Positions 18,189-28,024 of a stretch of DNA of 47,672 bases are shown one piece after another. The stretch lies in NCBI GenBank assembly GCA_902727865.1, contig CACVAQ010000010.1, positions 1 through 47,672 on the forward strand, written 5' to 3'. The notes below the pieces were generated by a model that was not told where the DNA came from, made no database searches, and saw nothing but the letters and a program-made list of their open reading frames with translations. The translations under genes were made by a program, and so were the position numbers. Position 1 is the stretch's first letter; every line of letters begins with the position of its first letter. The stretch is from an uncultured Aureispira sp. (GTDB lineage Bacteria; Bacteroidota; Bacteroidia; Chitinophagales; Saprospiraceae).

Positions 18189-18208
18189 ATCGTTTCAATT
18201 TCACACAA

Positions 18209-18238
18209 TGACTACAAAGTCACATGACTTTGTAGTCA
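18209..18238. promoter_or_regulatory. Double palindromic operator, probably bound by the adjacent TetR
   Basis: TGACTACAAAGTCA-CA-TGACTTTGTAGTCA: two TGACT-N4-AGTCA sites forming a 14-bp perfect IR, 20 nt upstream of the tetR start. Confidence 0.8.
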
Positions 18239-18302
18239 CAATAGTAGTTTATAAATTATACAAAAGCAAGTTTTTGCGTTTTTTTCTCAAAAATTTTCGG
18301 AC

Positions 18303-18336
18303 AAAAAAAAATGCCAACAAATTTGTTGGCATTTTT
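18303..18336 (-). terminator. Intrinsic terminator after the secreted-protein gene
   Basis: A9-TGCCAAC-AAATTT-GTTGGCA-T5. Confidence 0.8.
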
Positions 18337-18372
18337 ATGGCAAATGGATCGTTAAAATCGTTTAGAGCAGCA

Positions 18373-20634
18373 CTAATTGGTGCCATTCTCCTTATAATTT
18401 TTATCTACTATAGCGCCTGCTTTTAACATTTTAATCGGATACTTATTACTTAAATCCGCTTTAAAATTGCTTTGCTCCCATTTCCCTAAATCTCCATACC
18501 AAAGCACTACCGTTTTTTTATTTTGAGTATTAACCAGCTTTATTCTAATATTATCTTCTCGATTTACCAGCACCTTTTGAGCAAATTGCTCTTTTAGTGT
18601 CTTAGCGTCCAAATATTTAGACAAAGGCTTTTCGATGAGCACATCATCCGCCACTTCTACAACATAATTCCAAGGGAAAATAGTATCCACCAAAGGCTCT
18701 TCAAGGGTTTTTGCGTCAAACTTACAAGCCTTCAAAACAACTTCGATCGTTGTATTAAACAACTCTTTCGGTGCTTTCCAGTCCCACTCAATCACCTCAC
18801 TCATCACAGATTCTCCCTTCAAGTTAGTGACCGAAGCATTCAAAGACCAACTAGTGCCACTTTTAATATTTCTGTGCGGAAATATAACATAAACACGCCC
18901 ACTATCTTCTTTTAAAACAAAATCACCCTTTGGATTTTGTAGGATTCCGTCCAACAAGAAATCGTGTGTTGCTTTTCCATTTTTCTGAACGGTTAACTTT
19001 AATTTCGTTTTATTTATAAAAAAAGTTGGAATTTCTAATTTCAACTCTACCACTTGACCATAGTTATCTGACCTAAAACGTCCTCCAGCACTAGCCAATT
19101 CCAATAAAATTTCCTGTCCTCTGGAACGATTGGAAAGTTGTTTGGTGTATGCTTGCAAAATATTCATGGCTACATCTGGCACCAAATCCATCTGAACAGC
19201 AATAATTTCATCGGTCAAACTAGCATAAGGAATAAAATAAAACAATCTATCACTTATTCTAGGGTTCTTCGTAACGTGTTCTTTTCGAATCGTTCTAGAT
19301 AAATCAGGTCCTATAATGTGATAAATTGGAAAAGGCAACACATCGCCATTCGCATTATAAAACTTAACATACAAGGGGGCGTTCTCATAAACACTCGTCA
19401 ATTCATAACTCAGCTCAAGGCGTATTCCCTTAGCTCCTTTATAAACAAAATCTTCCTCGACCTTCATTGCTGCATCAATAACCCAGTCGTCAAAGTGAAT
19501 GGGTTCGTGAAGCGTATGTCGTGCCGCCTGTATCTGCTCTTTCGTTTCTTCTAATTCAAAATAGAATTCAATATTTGCAGCAGCTTCTTTCCATACATAA
19601 AAGGGAATAAAATACTTTAGTTTGCCCTTTACATTTAAATCTACTATGGCCTTTGGATCTGGCGCACCTTCTACAGGGTACAAAACGGGTACATCCAACT
19701 GAATTCCATTTTTATCATAACAGTTTAGGTGAATCGATGCTTTTTTTCCTGCATAAGCTTTCGCCAAATCGTATTCTATAGTTACAGCAACGCCATTTTT
19801 TTGCATGCACACATAATTAGCATCACTATAAATCGAAATGGACTGTCGAGCTTGTGCACGCTGTGCATAATCAAAATCAAGGTTTTTAATCCTGTCAAAC
19901 ATTTGCCCATAGACTTCATCACTATACTCTCCTTTAGGATTGATTTTGGTGTAGGTTCCTAAAAGCTGATCTTTTTCACCATCTCTATCGTAAAAAGACC
20001 ATTTTAACTGCTCTCCCTCCAATAAATGAAAAGAGAATTTCTTTGGCGCTAAATTATAACTGTTTGGATACACAATAGAACGATAAACCGCTTCTGTTCC
20101 TTCGTTCGTGGTAAATACATAATAAACATCTGGCAGCCACTCCTTTGGATTGGAACTTTCATCGTACTGCAACAATTGCTCTTTGACACCTCCACCTTTT
20201 AAGTCAATGTCAACCATATAACGAAGGGGTTGTTGATACGTTAAGGTCCCACCATAATCCAATAAATCCTTTAAACCAAAATTCAATTGTACGCCTTCAT
20301 GCAAACCATTTAACAAGTCAATCTCACGATAAGGCACAAAAATTTCTGCTTTTGACCAGGCATTAGTAGACAAGACCAAAAGCTTGGTTTCATCCAAATA
20401 AACTTCCATCCCATTTTTTTCTAGGGTCACCTGTGGCACAATTGGCATTAAACGACTTTTGGAATTATTATACAAATAATCAAACGTCAACAGTAAGCCT
20501 TTTGTGCCATAATCGGCACGATAAACATCTTTTTGGAGTTGAGGGTTTTTAAATTCAAAATCAGGACTAAGGGATTGCCCAAAAAGGGCAACAAAGGGGA
20601 TCAATAACAATAAAATGCATAAAGTTTTTTTCAT
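18373..20634 (-). CDS. Secreted hypothetical protein with repeated beta-rich modules and a C2-like segment
   Basis: Signal peptide MKKTLCILLLLIPFVALFGQ (start moved to 20634); LPDVYY...FYDRDGEKDQLLG. Confidence 0.7.
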   Translation of the reverse strand: MKKTLCILLLLIPFVALFGQSLSPDFEFKNPQLQKDVYRADYGTKGLLLTFDYLYNNSKSRLMPIVPQVTLEKNGMEVYLDETKLLVLSTNAWSKAEIFVPYREIDLLNGLHEGVQLNFGLKDLLDYGGTLTYQQPLRYMVDIDLKGGGVKEQLLQYDESSNPKEWLPDVYYVFTTNEGTEAVYRSIVYPNSYNLAPKKFSFHLLEGEQLKWSFYDRDGEKDQLLGTYTKINPKGEYSDEVYGQMFDRIKNLDFDYAQRAQARQSISIYSDANYVCMQKNGVAVTIEYDLAKAYAGKKASIHLNCYDKNGIQLDVPVLYPVEGAPDPKAIVDLNVKGKLKYFIPFYVWKEAAANIEFYFELEETKEQIQAARHTLHEPIHFDDWVIDAAMKVEEDFVYKGAKGIRLELSYELTSVYENAPLYVKFYNANGDVLPFPIYHIIGPDLSRTIRKEHVTKNPRISDRLFYFIPYASLTDEIIAVQMDLVPDVAMNILQAYTKQLSNRSRGQEILLELASAGGRFRSDNYGQVVELKLEIPTFFINKTKLKLTVQKNGKATHDFLLDGILQNPKGDFVLKEDSGRVYVIFPHRNIKSGTSWSLNASVTNLKGESVMSEVIEWDWKAPKELFNTTIEVVLKACKFDAKTLEEPLVDTIFPWNYVVEVADDVLIEKPLSKYLDAKTLKEQFAQKVLVNREDNIRIKLVNTQNKKTVVLWYGDLGKWEQSNFKADLSNKYPIKMLKAGAIVDKNYKENGTN

Positions 20635-20671
20635 AGCTAATTTGGTATTCTTCAGATTTTGAGCGTTTAGG

Positions 20672-21649
20672 TTAAGAATATACATGTTCTACCTCATCTA
20701 ATAAATCAAGCACCATCGCAGCGTTACCGGCTTGAACCAATTGTGCTCGATAGGCTTTCACCCCTTTTAAGCCTTTAAAATAATTGGTATAATGCCTACG
20801 CATTTCTAAAATTCCTAATTTTTCTCCTTTCCAGATCACGGATTTTTCCAAATGCTCTCTAGCAGCATCTACTCGCTCTTTAATTGTTGGTGGCGGTAAA
20901 AGTTCTCCTGTTTTGAAATAATGTTTGATTTCTCTAAAAATCCAAGGATAACCAATTGCTGCCCGTCCGATCATAATACCGTCTACGCCATACTTGTCTC
21001 TATACAAGGCGGCTTTTTCTGGACTATTAATGTCTCCATTTCCAAAAATCGGAATTTTAATTCTTGGATTGTTTTTGATGTTTCCTATTTGAGTCCAATC
21101 AGCCTCTCCCTTGTACATTTGTTTTCGGGTACGACCATGAATAGACAAAGCCTGTATTCCTACATCCTGCAAACGCTCTGCTACATCTTCAATAAAAATA
21201 GAATTGTCATCCCACCCCAGACGAGTTTTAACTGTAACAGGCTTGTTCGTTGCTTTTACGACAGCCTCCGTCAATTTAACCATTCTAGGAATATCTTGAA
21301 GAATTCCAGCTCCAGCCATTTTACAAACTACTTTTTTTACTGGACAACCAAAATTAATATCAATGACTTCTGGATTGGCTTCTTCTACAATTTCGGTTGC
21401 ACGAATCATAGAATCCAAGTTCGCTCCAAATATCTGAATTCCAATTGGGCGTTCATAGTCAAAAATATCTAATTTCTCCACACTTTTTGTTGCATCCCGA
21501 ATCAATCCCTCTACAGAAATAAACTCAGAGTACATCATGTCGCAGCCTTGTTTTTTGCACAACGCACGAAAAGGAGGATCACTAACGTCCTCCATTGGTG
21601 CCAACAAAAGTGGAAAATCCCCTAATTCTACATCTCCAATTTTAACCAT
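20672..21649 (-). CDS. dusB: tRNA-dihydrouridine synthase
   Basis: LAPMEDVSD, DINFGCPVKKV, HGRTRKQMY, GIMIGRAAIGYPW. Confidence 0.93.
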   Translation of the reverse strand: MVKIGDVELGDFPLLLAPMEDVSDPPFRALCKKQGCDMMYSEFISVEGLIRDATKSVEKLDIFDYERPIGIQIFGANLDSMIRATEIVEEANPEVIDINFGCPVKKVVCKMAGAGILQDIPRMVKLTEAVVKATNKPVTVKTRLGWDDNSIFIEDVAERLQDVGIQALSIHGRTRKQMYKGEADWTQIGNIKNNPRIKIPIFGNGDINSPEKAALYRDKYGVDGIMIGRAAIGYPWIFREIKHYFKTGELLPPPTIKERVDAAREHLEKSVIWKGEKLGILEMRRHYTNYFKGLKGVKAYRAQLVQAGNAAMVLDLLDEVEHVYS

Positions 21650-21675
21650 TATTATATTTTATTACTACTAATAAA

Positions 21676-21792
21676 TAATAGTTCGGTAATTTTCTATTTT
21701 TAAACAAAATCAAAAAACACCATTCTATCAAATTGATTTACAAACACTAAGTAGTTACAAATCAATCGAATCAGGTTTTTACCGAACGAATG
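21676..21792. mobile_element. MITE-like structured element (E2), related to E1 and E3
   Basis: Terminal IR GTTCGGTAA (21681-21689) / TTACCGAAC (21779-21787); shares AAATCAAAAAA..TTGATTTACAAAC with E3; outer TAA...ATG ends as in E1. Confidence 0.65.
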
Positions 21793-21827
21793 AACAACTG
21801 CAAACAAATTTTATTCTACAAAGACAT

Positions 21828-21988
21828 TTAAGTAGCTGGGCTTAGGTAATTGTCATTTTGGGGCGAAGTTCTTTTTGCCAACCGAAGCCTTTTTTTAGTA
21901 ATAACAGCGTTATCACTAAAAAAACAAGGAAAGATGGCGAAAAAATAGCCTTTTAAAAATGGAACAATTATTTAAGATTATTACTTAA
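21828..21988. repeat. ~160-bp nested imperfect palindrome (REPIN-like)
   Basis: TTAAGTA/TACTTAA, TAATTGT/ACAATTA, GCCA/TGGC, TTTTTTAGT/ACTAAAAAA and ATAAC/GTTAT nested around one centre. Confidence 0.6.
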
Positions 21989-22086
21989 GTACGAAGATAC
22001 AAAGTTTTCTAGTCCTTTCAAAAATTAGTGATCTCCTGCCATTATTAGTTTTGCCAAGAAATAGAAAAACCTGCTCTTTTTTTTGC

Positions 22087-22131
22087 AAAAAAAAAGATAA
22101 GCTCAACACTTTATAGTGTCAAGCTTATCTT
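22087..22131 (-). terminator. Intrinsic terminator after the VWA gene
   Basis: AAGATAAGCT ... AGCTTATCTT stem with an adjacent A run (U run on the minus strand). Confidence 0.7.
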
Positions 22132-22171
22132 CTACAATCTATTTTTGGTCTTCTTCTTTATGCTAATTTTA

Positions 22172-23416
22172 TTACTCTACTAATTGCGTTGCTGGTTGCG
22201 TTGATTCTGTAATAATACGTGCCAACAACTCATTCAAATACTCTACTCTATACTCTCCTACAGTTGGCTCTACATGACCGTTTCCAACACCACTATGATC
22301 TGTCATAAAGACATAAGAACCATTTGTAGTCAAAGAAAAGAAACGCATTAAGAGTTCTGTTTTTTTGTCGATTCCACTAGAAGCAATAGGAATTAATTTA
22401 ACGCCTTTTTCTGCTGCTTTAGCGATACTTTTTTGAATACTTTCGATACTTTTTGCATCATGGTGTGGAGGTGCATCCAACATCAAGAAAACAATACGAG
22501 TTCTAGCAGATGCCGACCACCCTTGCTGGCTAATCGCTTCATCTAGTGCTGCATCAACAGCTTCAGGATAATCTCCACCACCATCTGCCGATTGATTATT
22601 AATAAAATTAATCGTAGCATCTGTATCCGCAGACAAAGCACTTGAACGGGTTACGTATTTATCCCCTTCGTCTCTATAAAACACCGAACCTATTTGAAGT
22701 GATAAAGCGGGTTGTTCTGTTTTAACTTGTGCCACAACATCTTCCAATTCTTTCTTCAAATAAGCAATTTCATCCTCCATTGACCCCGTTGCATCGACCA
22801 CAAACATCACGTCTGCACGATTGTCTGGCATCGTGGTCGTCTCTTTCAATTCAAAATTATTAATTCCTTCGATAATTGTTTGAGGAGATTTTAGTTGGTG
22901 TTTTTTTCCTTTGTAACTTATTATAATTTCATTATTTAAGTTTTTATCAATAGAAAAAGGTTGGGCCCACAATTCTGCGATTCCAGAATTATTTGTTTTT
23001 GCTTTCCAAAGTTTGCTTTTGTTATTCCCTACTAATTCTACAGCACAATCCATGACAGGTTGTCCCATCGCATCTGTTACTCGAACAGAATAACGTTGAG
23101 AAGGAAAAAATTGCCATTCTTCTTGATATTCCGAAAAGTTTTTCTTTTGCATCAACGATTGCCAAAACTTCCAATTATTCAAATCATTCCACTCTCCCGC
23201 AGTTAGCGTCCCTGCTTCTGCATTCATATCATCTTCTGAAACGGCTCCATTATTACCATTATCCACCGCAACATTATCATCTCCATTCCCACGAATCGTT
23301 AATGTTGTTACGTCATAAGGGTCAACAGCAACTTCTGTGCTAGGGCTCTCTGTATTCATACAACTTACGGAAGAAAAAAGAGCGATACCACTTATTAAGT
23401 ATTGTATTTTTTTCAT
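22172..23416 (-). CDS. VWA-domain lipoprotein
   Basis: Lipobox-like SSVSC; MIDAS VVDATGSM; GGGDYPEAV; LDAPPH. Confidence 0.85.
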   Translation of the reverse strand: MKKIQYLISGIALFSSVSCMNTESPSTEVAVDPYDVTTLTIRGNGDDNVAVDNGNNGAVSEDDMNAEAGTLTAGEWNDLNNWKFWQSLMQKKNFSEYQEEWQFFPSQRYSVRVTDAMGQPVMDCAVELVGNNKSKLWKAKTNNSGIAELWAQPFSIDKNLNNEIIISYKGKKHQLKSPQTIIEGINNFELKETTTMPDNRADVMFVVDATGSMEDEIAYLKKELEDVVAQVKTEQPALSLQIGSVFYRDEGDKYVTRSSALSADTDATINFINNQSADGGGDYPEAVDAALDEAISQQGWSASARTRIVFLMLDAPPHHDAKSIESIQKSIAKAAEKGVKLIPIASSGIDKKTELLMRFFSLTTNGSYVFMTDHSGVGNGHVEPTVGEYRVEYLNELLARIITESTQPATQLVE

Positions 23417-23889
23417 AACAAGGTATTGTTTATTTTATCGGGTTCATCTATTCTGTTCATTTTAGAGTCTTTGCCTTTATTATGATAAAAAAATTAATAT
23501 TTAAGTAGTAGAAACAAAGCATCAAAACTCTAAAACAAAGTTTTACTTATACGAAAGTATATGACTTGAATCTTTCAAATGTTACCATTAATATTAAAAA
23601 AAGCAAAAAAACTTTTTTTCCGAAATCACCTTTTTACATCTTTTTTGTGTTTTATTGTATTGTATAGTCCTATTTATTGCACTATTTTTGTTAAAAAGTG
23701 CTTTTTCCAAAATTAACAATTGTAAAATGTGCATCGGAAGATACATTAAACTTACGAAAAAAAATTATATACAAATGTATTTTTAAGTACTAATTCTATT
23801 TTTTTAGAAAAAAACTTAGTCCATGACAGCACACTTTTCGTTGTAAAAGAAAGCATTACAAATAAAACAGCCCAAAAACCAAGAATATA

Positions 23890-24699
23890 TTGGAGTTTAA
23901 ACATTATCAGATTGTACAAATTAGAACAAGTGCAAAAGATCGAGACTTAGAACCGCATCGCCATACGTTTTATGAACTCTTCTTCTTTTTTGCAGGAAAT
24001 GGCAGCCACCTTATTGATTTCAAAGATTTCAGTATTGCGCCTCCTAGCATTCAATTGGTTGGTCCTCACCAATTGCATCAACTCAAACATTCTAAAGACT
24101 CTCAAGGCTATGTTATCAAAATTCAACCCACCTTAATTACATCGAATCCTTTCTTGAATAATTTTTTCAATTTCATTCAATACAACCAACATTTTGAGGC
24201 TGGTGTCGCCATTAGCCCAGAAGAGTCCAGTCTGTTAAAAAGTAGTTATTTATTCTTAAAATCATACCACAACGACAATTCAGATGATTCTGTTTTTGCT
24301 GCTTTATCTGCCCTTAATTTATATATTTCAATTCTCAAAAAACATCAAAATCTAAGTCAACAATCTGAAAAAAGCCCGAATAATGAATACTTCAATCAGT
24401 TTCTGGATTTGGCAGAACAAAATTATCAAATTGAAAAAAGTGCCGATTTCTACACTAAAACCATGAATATTTCTCTTAATCGACTCAACAATATTGTAAA
24501 GGAACGAACAGGCATGACGGCTAAAAAATTCTTAATCAACCGTGTTTTGCTAGAAGCGAAGCGCCTAATTATACACAGTGAAAAAACAGTAAAAGAAATT
24601 GCCTATCAATTGGAATTTTTAGAACCTGCTCATTTTTCTAATTTCTTTAAAAAGCACTTGGGCATTACACCTAGTACTTTCAGGATGAACTTTCGATAA
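23890..24699 (+). CDS. AraC family regulator with a cupin N-domain
   Basis: PHRHTFYE cupin; C-terminal VKEIAYQLEFLEPAHFSNFFKKHLGITPSTFR. Confidence 0.9.
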   Translation: MEFKHYQIVQIRTSAKDRDLEPHRHTFYELFFFFAGNGSHLIDFKDFSIAPPSIQLVGPHQLHQLKHSKDSQGYVIKIQPTLITSNPFLNNFFNFIQYNQHFEAGVAISPEESSLLKSSYLFLKSYHNDNSDDSVFAALSALNLYISILKKHQNLSQQSEKSPNNEYFNQFLDLAEQNYQIEKSADFYTKTMNISLNRLNNIVKERTGMTAKKFLINRVLLEAKRLIIHSEKTVKEIAYQLEFLEPAHFSNFFKKHLGITPSTFRMNFR

Positions 24700-24741
24700 A
24701 AAAATTACACCTTTGAACATTGCACTAAACGAATCAACTTT

Positions 24742-25815
24742 ATGGGATCTATACCAACAAAATTATACTGCATTAACTGCTTGTGGTTCGTTCTTGCTTT
24801 CGGCTCTTGCAAAGGCCCCAACTCCTCTAAATCAGTAAAAATAAACGAAAGAACAATTGGTACGATTGTTTCTCAATTTGATGGAAAAGTAAGCGTTGTT
24901 TTTCAAGACAAACAAAACAACTTTTGGTTTGGTGGGCACGAAAAAGGGGTTTATAAATACAATAACACCGATTGGACGCTTTTTACAAGCAAAGATGGTT
25001 TGTGTAGTGCTGCTGTGATTGGAATACAAGAAGATAAGTTGGGTAACCTTTATTTTGACACCCCAGAGGGCATTTCTAAATTTGATGGACAAAAATTCAC
25101 AACATTAGACATTGCAAAACAAGACGCCTCCAAAAATCAATGGCAGTTAAATCCAGATGATTTGTGGTTTAGAATGGGCTGGAACCAAAAAGGGCCTTAT
25201 CGTTACGATGGACAAATGCTTCACTATTTAGAATTTCCAAAACCTAGTTTGGCAGATGAATTTTATGCTCAATATCCAAACGCCTCTTTTAGTCCTTATA
25301 GCATTTATTCGATGTACAAAGATCGTAAAGGGCATCTTTGGTTTGGAACAAGCTCTCTTGGTGCTTGTCGCTTTGATGGGAAGTCAATTCAATGGTTGTA
25401 TGAGCAACATTTGTCGGAAACGCCCAGCGGTGGAAACTTTGGTATTCGTTCCATTTTTGAAGATAAAAATGGGCAGTTCTGGTTCACCAATACACGGCAT
25501 CGTTATACCATCGCCTCCGATAATGCTTCCGATTCTATTTCTTATCAAAAAGAAAGAGGAATTGAACGGGCAAGCGATCTTTATTTTATGTCTATTGTAG
25601 AAAGCGATCTTGGAGATTTATGGCTGGCAACTTATGACGATGGTGTTTGGTGCAAAAAAGGAAATGAATTTATACACTATCCAATTAAAGAAGGGGAAAA
25701 AGACGTTTTACTCTTTTCTATATACAAGGACAATGAGGGAGCGCTTTGGCTGACCACACAAAATGCAGGCCTTTACAAATACAATGGACAAGGCTTTGAA
25801 AAATTTACCCCTTAA
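24742..25815 (+). CDS. Beta-propeller (Reg_prop repeat) lipoprotein
   Basis: Lipobox-like AFGSC; repeated DxxGxLWxxT blades (QDKQNNFWFG, KDRKGHLWFGT, EDKNGQFWFT, KDNEGALWLTT). Confidence 0.82.
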   Translation: MGSIPTKLYCINCLWFVLAFGSCKGPNSSKSVKINERTIGTIVSQFDGKVSVVFQDKQNNFWFGGHEKGVYKYNNTDWTLFTSKDGLCSAAVIGIQEDKLGNLYFDTPEGISKFDGQKFTTLDIAKQDASKNQWQLNPDDLWFRMGWNQKGPYRYDGQMLHYLEFPKPSLADEFYAQYPNASFSPYSIYSMYKDRKGHLWFGTSSLGACRFDGKSIQWLYEQHLSETPSGGNFGIRSIFEDKNGQFWFTNTRHRYTIASDNASDSISYQKERGIERASDLYFMSIVESDLGDLWLATYDDGVWCKKGNEFIHYPIKEGEKDVLLFSIYKDNEGALWLTTQNAGLYKYNGQGFEKFTP

Positions 25816-25993
25816 AAAAATATCCATCCATTTTTTGTAAGCCTTAGCCTGTTTTTTGTATCGCACGCTCTTTCTTATTCACATACCTTTGTTCAAGCTT
25901 ATTATGAGTTAAATACAAATCTGTCAAGGCTTCTAAATGACCTAAAGAGTCGGGCAACTCTTTCAGCTTGTTCTCGCTAAAAGACCTTTCTCT

Positions 25994-27799
25994 TTACCTA
26001 AATAATTCCTTCGGAACAATCTCCATTTTACGCATCAAAAACGTAGCATTTTTATTCTTAGCAATTCCTCGATTCAATTTATAATCAAAGCTCAATTCGT
26101 CCTTTTCGATGATACTTTCAAAGCATAAATTTTCTACCTTCCCAGGTAATTCATCTTGCATATTTCCCAGTTCCAAATCATGTGTTGCGACCATTGCCAA
26201 ACAATTAAAATCTAAGAAGTGCCGTACCAGTAATTCAGACCCCAATAGCTTATCTTCTGAATTGGTTCCTTTTAGAATTTCATCCAAAATAATAAAGGTT
26301 GGCTTGTTTTCTTTTAACGTTCTGATAATATATTGCAAGCGTAATAATTCTGCTTGAAAATAAGACGTTTGCTGACTGATAGAATCTTGTACTCGCATAG
26401 AAGTCATAATGTCCATCAACGAACTTTTGAAAGAAGTCGCACAAACAGGCGCACCGCATTTTGCCAAGAGTAAATTGAGTGCCACACAACGCAAAAAGGT
26501 ACTTTTGCCTGCCATATTTGATCCTGTTACTACAAAAATCTTGTGTTGGCTGCCCAATTTTGTGTCGTTACAAACTCTTTCAGAAACGGGGATTAAAGGA
26601 TGTCCTAGGGCTTCTGCATGAATAAACAACTCGTCAGATTTCTCTAACTGAGGAAAATTTAATTCAGCATTATTATAACTAAAAGTAGCTAAACTTATCA
26701 AGCCATCTAACTCTGCCACGGTGTCCAGCCAATTGGTCAAAAACTGCTTGTGTTTTTTCTTCCAAGCTTCCAACGCAAACAAGCATTGTACATCGTATAA
26801 GATTAATAAATTCAAGCCCAAGCCCACAAAAATATTCAAGCGTTGGTCAAAATAATCTACAATTTTAGAAAGGCGACCAAAGCCAGATTGTGCTTCTTTA
26901 GCCGTTTTTTTAATTTCATTGAGAATGCTAGAGTCTCCAAAATCTTCTTGATTTGCCAAATTTAACAAAGAAACATACATTTTTAAAATCCCTTGTCGTT
27001 TGCCAATTTCGGTGTGTTCTTTTCCTACATATTTGCTTTTGATTCCCAACAAGGCAAAATTCAACATTCCCATTAACATCAAAGGAAGATGATTAAAAGT
27101 GATGATAAAATAAACCAAGGCAAGAATAGACAATAAGGGCAAAACCACTCTAGTTATTTTCCAAGGCGTAGAGTCCAAAAATGCAGCAGGAGCTGCTGTC
27201 CAAGCTTGCAAATAAGCGATGTCCTCCAAAGTATCTTCTGTAATACGGCCATTTGCCATAAAGGCTTGACGAAAATCAATCTTTGGATTCAATACCTTAA
27301 CCGCCTCTTGTTGAGTATAAATAGCAGCAACGTCATCTAGCGGTGCTTTAAATAAATTCGCTAAACGCTCCTTCCCTTTTGCGGTAGACGTTCGGTTGAC
27401 AAAAGCAAAGATTCCTGCCGAACCAAACAAATCTAAATCCGAACAATAATCGTGATTCGGGTCGTCAAACTCTTGTCCTCCATCAAATGCTGGCTGGTTG
27501 CTTTTTAAGATCTTCAACTCTTTTTCATTGATAACAATCAGTTCGTCAATCCTTTGTTTTTCATCAAAAAAACCTTGATACAGTCTTAGAAAAACGACAA
27601 AAACAGGAATAACAGCCAAAAAGCACCACCACCAAAACATGACTTCAAATTCTGTACTAAAAAATTGAAACAAAAAATAAATCATTAAGACAAACAAAAT
27701 GACTCGAACATTGCCAATTTGAAACATCTTACTCGTTTTTTCTTTTTGCTGTTTCAAGAAAGCATCTAAGCGTTCTTGATATATTTTTTCTAAATTCAT
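25994..27799 (-). CDS. Membrane-anchored MutS-related ATPase (MutS domain V)
   Basis: N-terminal hydrophobic helices; TGSNMAGKST, SYFQAEL, LDEILKGTNS, ATHDLEL. Confidence 0.88.
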   Translation of the reverse strand: MNLEKIYQERLDAFLKQQKEKTSKMFQIGNVRVILFVLMIYFLFQFFSTEFEVMFWWWCFLAVIPVFVVFLRLYQGFFDEKQRIDELIVINEKELKILKSNQPAFDGGQEFDDPNHDYCSDLDLFGSAGIFAFVNRTSTAKGKERLANLFKAPLDDVAAIYTQQEAVKVLNPKIDFRQAFMANGRITEDTLEDIAYLQAWTAAPAAFLDSTPWKITRVVLPLLSILALVYFIITFNHLPLMLMGMLNFALLGIKSKYVGKEHTEIGKRQGILKMYVSLLNLANQEDFGDSSILNEIKKTAKEAQSGFGRLSKIVDYFDQRLNIFVGLGLNLLILYDVQCLFALEAWKKKHKQFLTNWLDTVAELDGLISLATFSYNNAELNFPQLEKSDELFIHAEALGHPLIPVSERVCNDTKLGSQHKIFVVTGSNMAGKSTFLRCVALNLLLAKCGAPVCATSFKSSLMDIMTSMRVQDSISQQTSYFQAELLRLQYIIRTLKENKPTFIILDEILKGTNSEDKLLGSELLVRHFLDFNCLAMVATHDLELGNMQDELPGKVENLCFESIIEKDELSFDYKLNRGIAKNKNATFLMRKMEIVPKELFR

Positions 27800-28024
27800 C
27801 TTTATTTGTTATTATGCTGTTGTTGTAATCCTTTGATAATTCATACATTTAAACGCTTCAAAATAGCTCACTTAAACCCTAATCTTCAATAAATTACAAA
27901 CAAGCATTTGATTTTTATTCTTTTCTACGCATCGCCAAATTGTATTCAAACCTTCCAATTTGCCTGTTTTCAAATCTTAATACTTCGCTACTTTATATTT
28001 TAAAAGTCCTCAATATCTCAAAAC

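Noticed and set aside
20635-20685. Upstream start for the 770-aa ORF
   Set aside because: Overlaps dusB; the signal peptide begins at MKKTL (20634).
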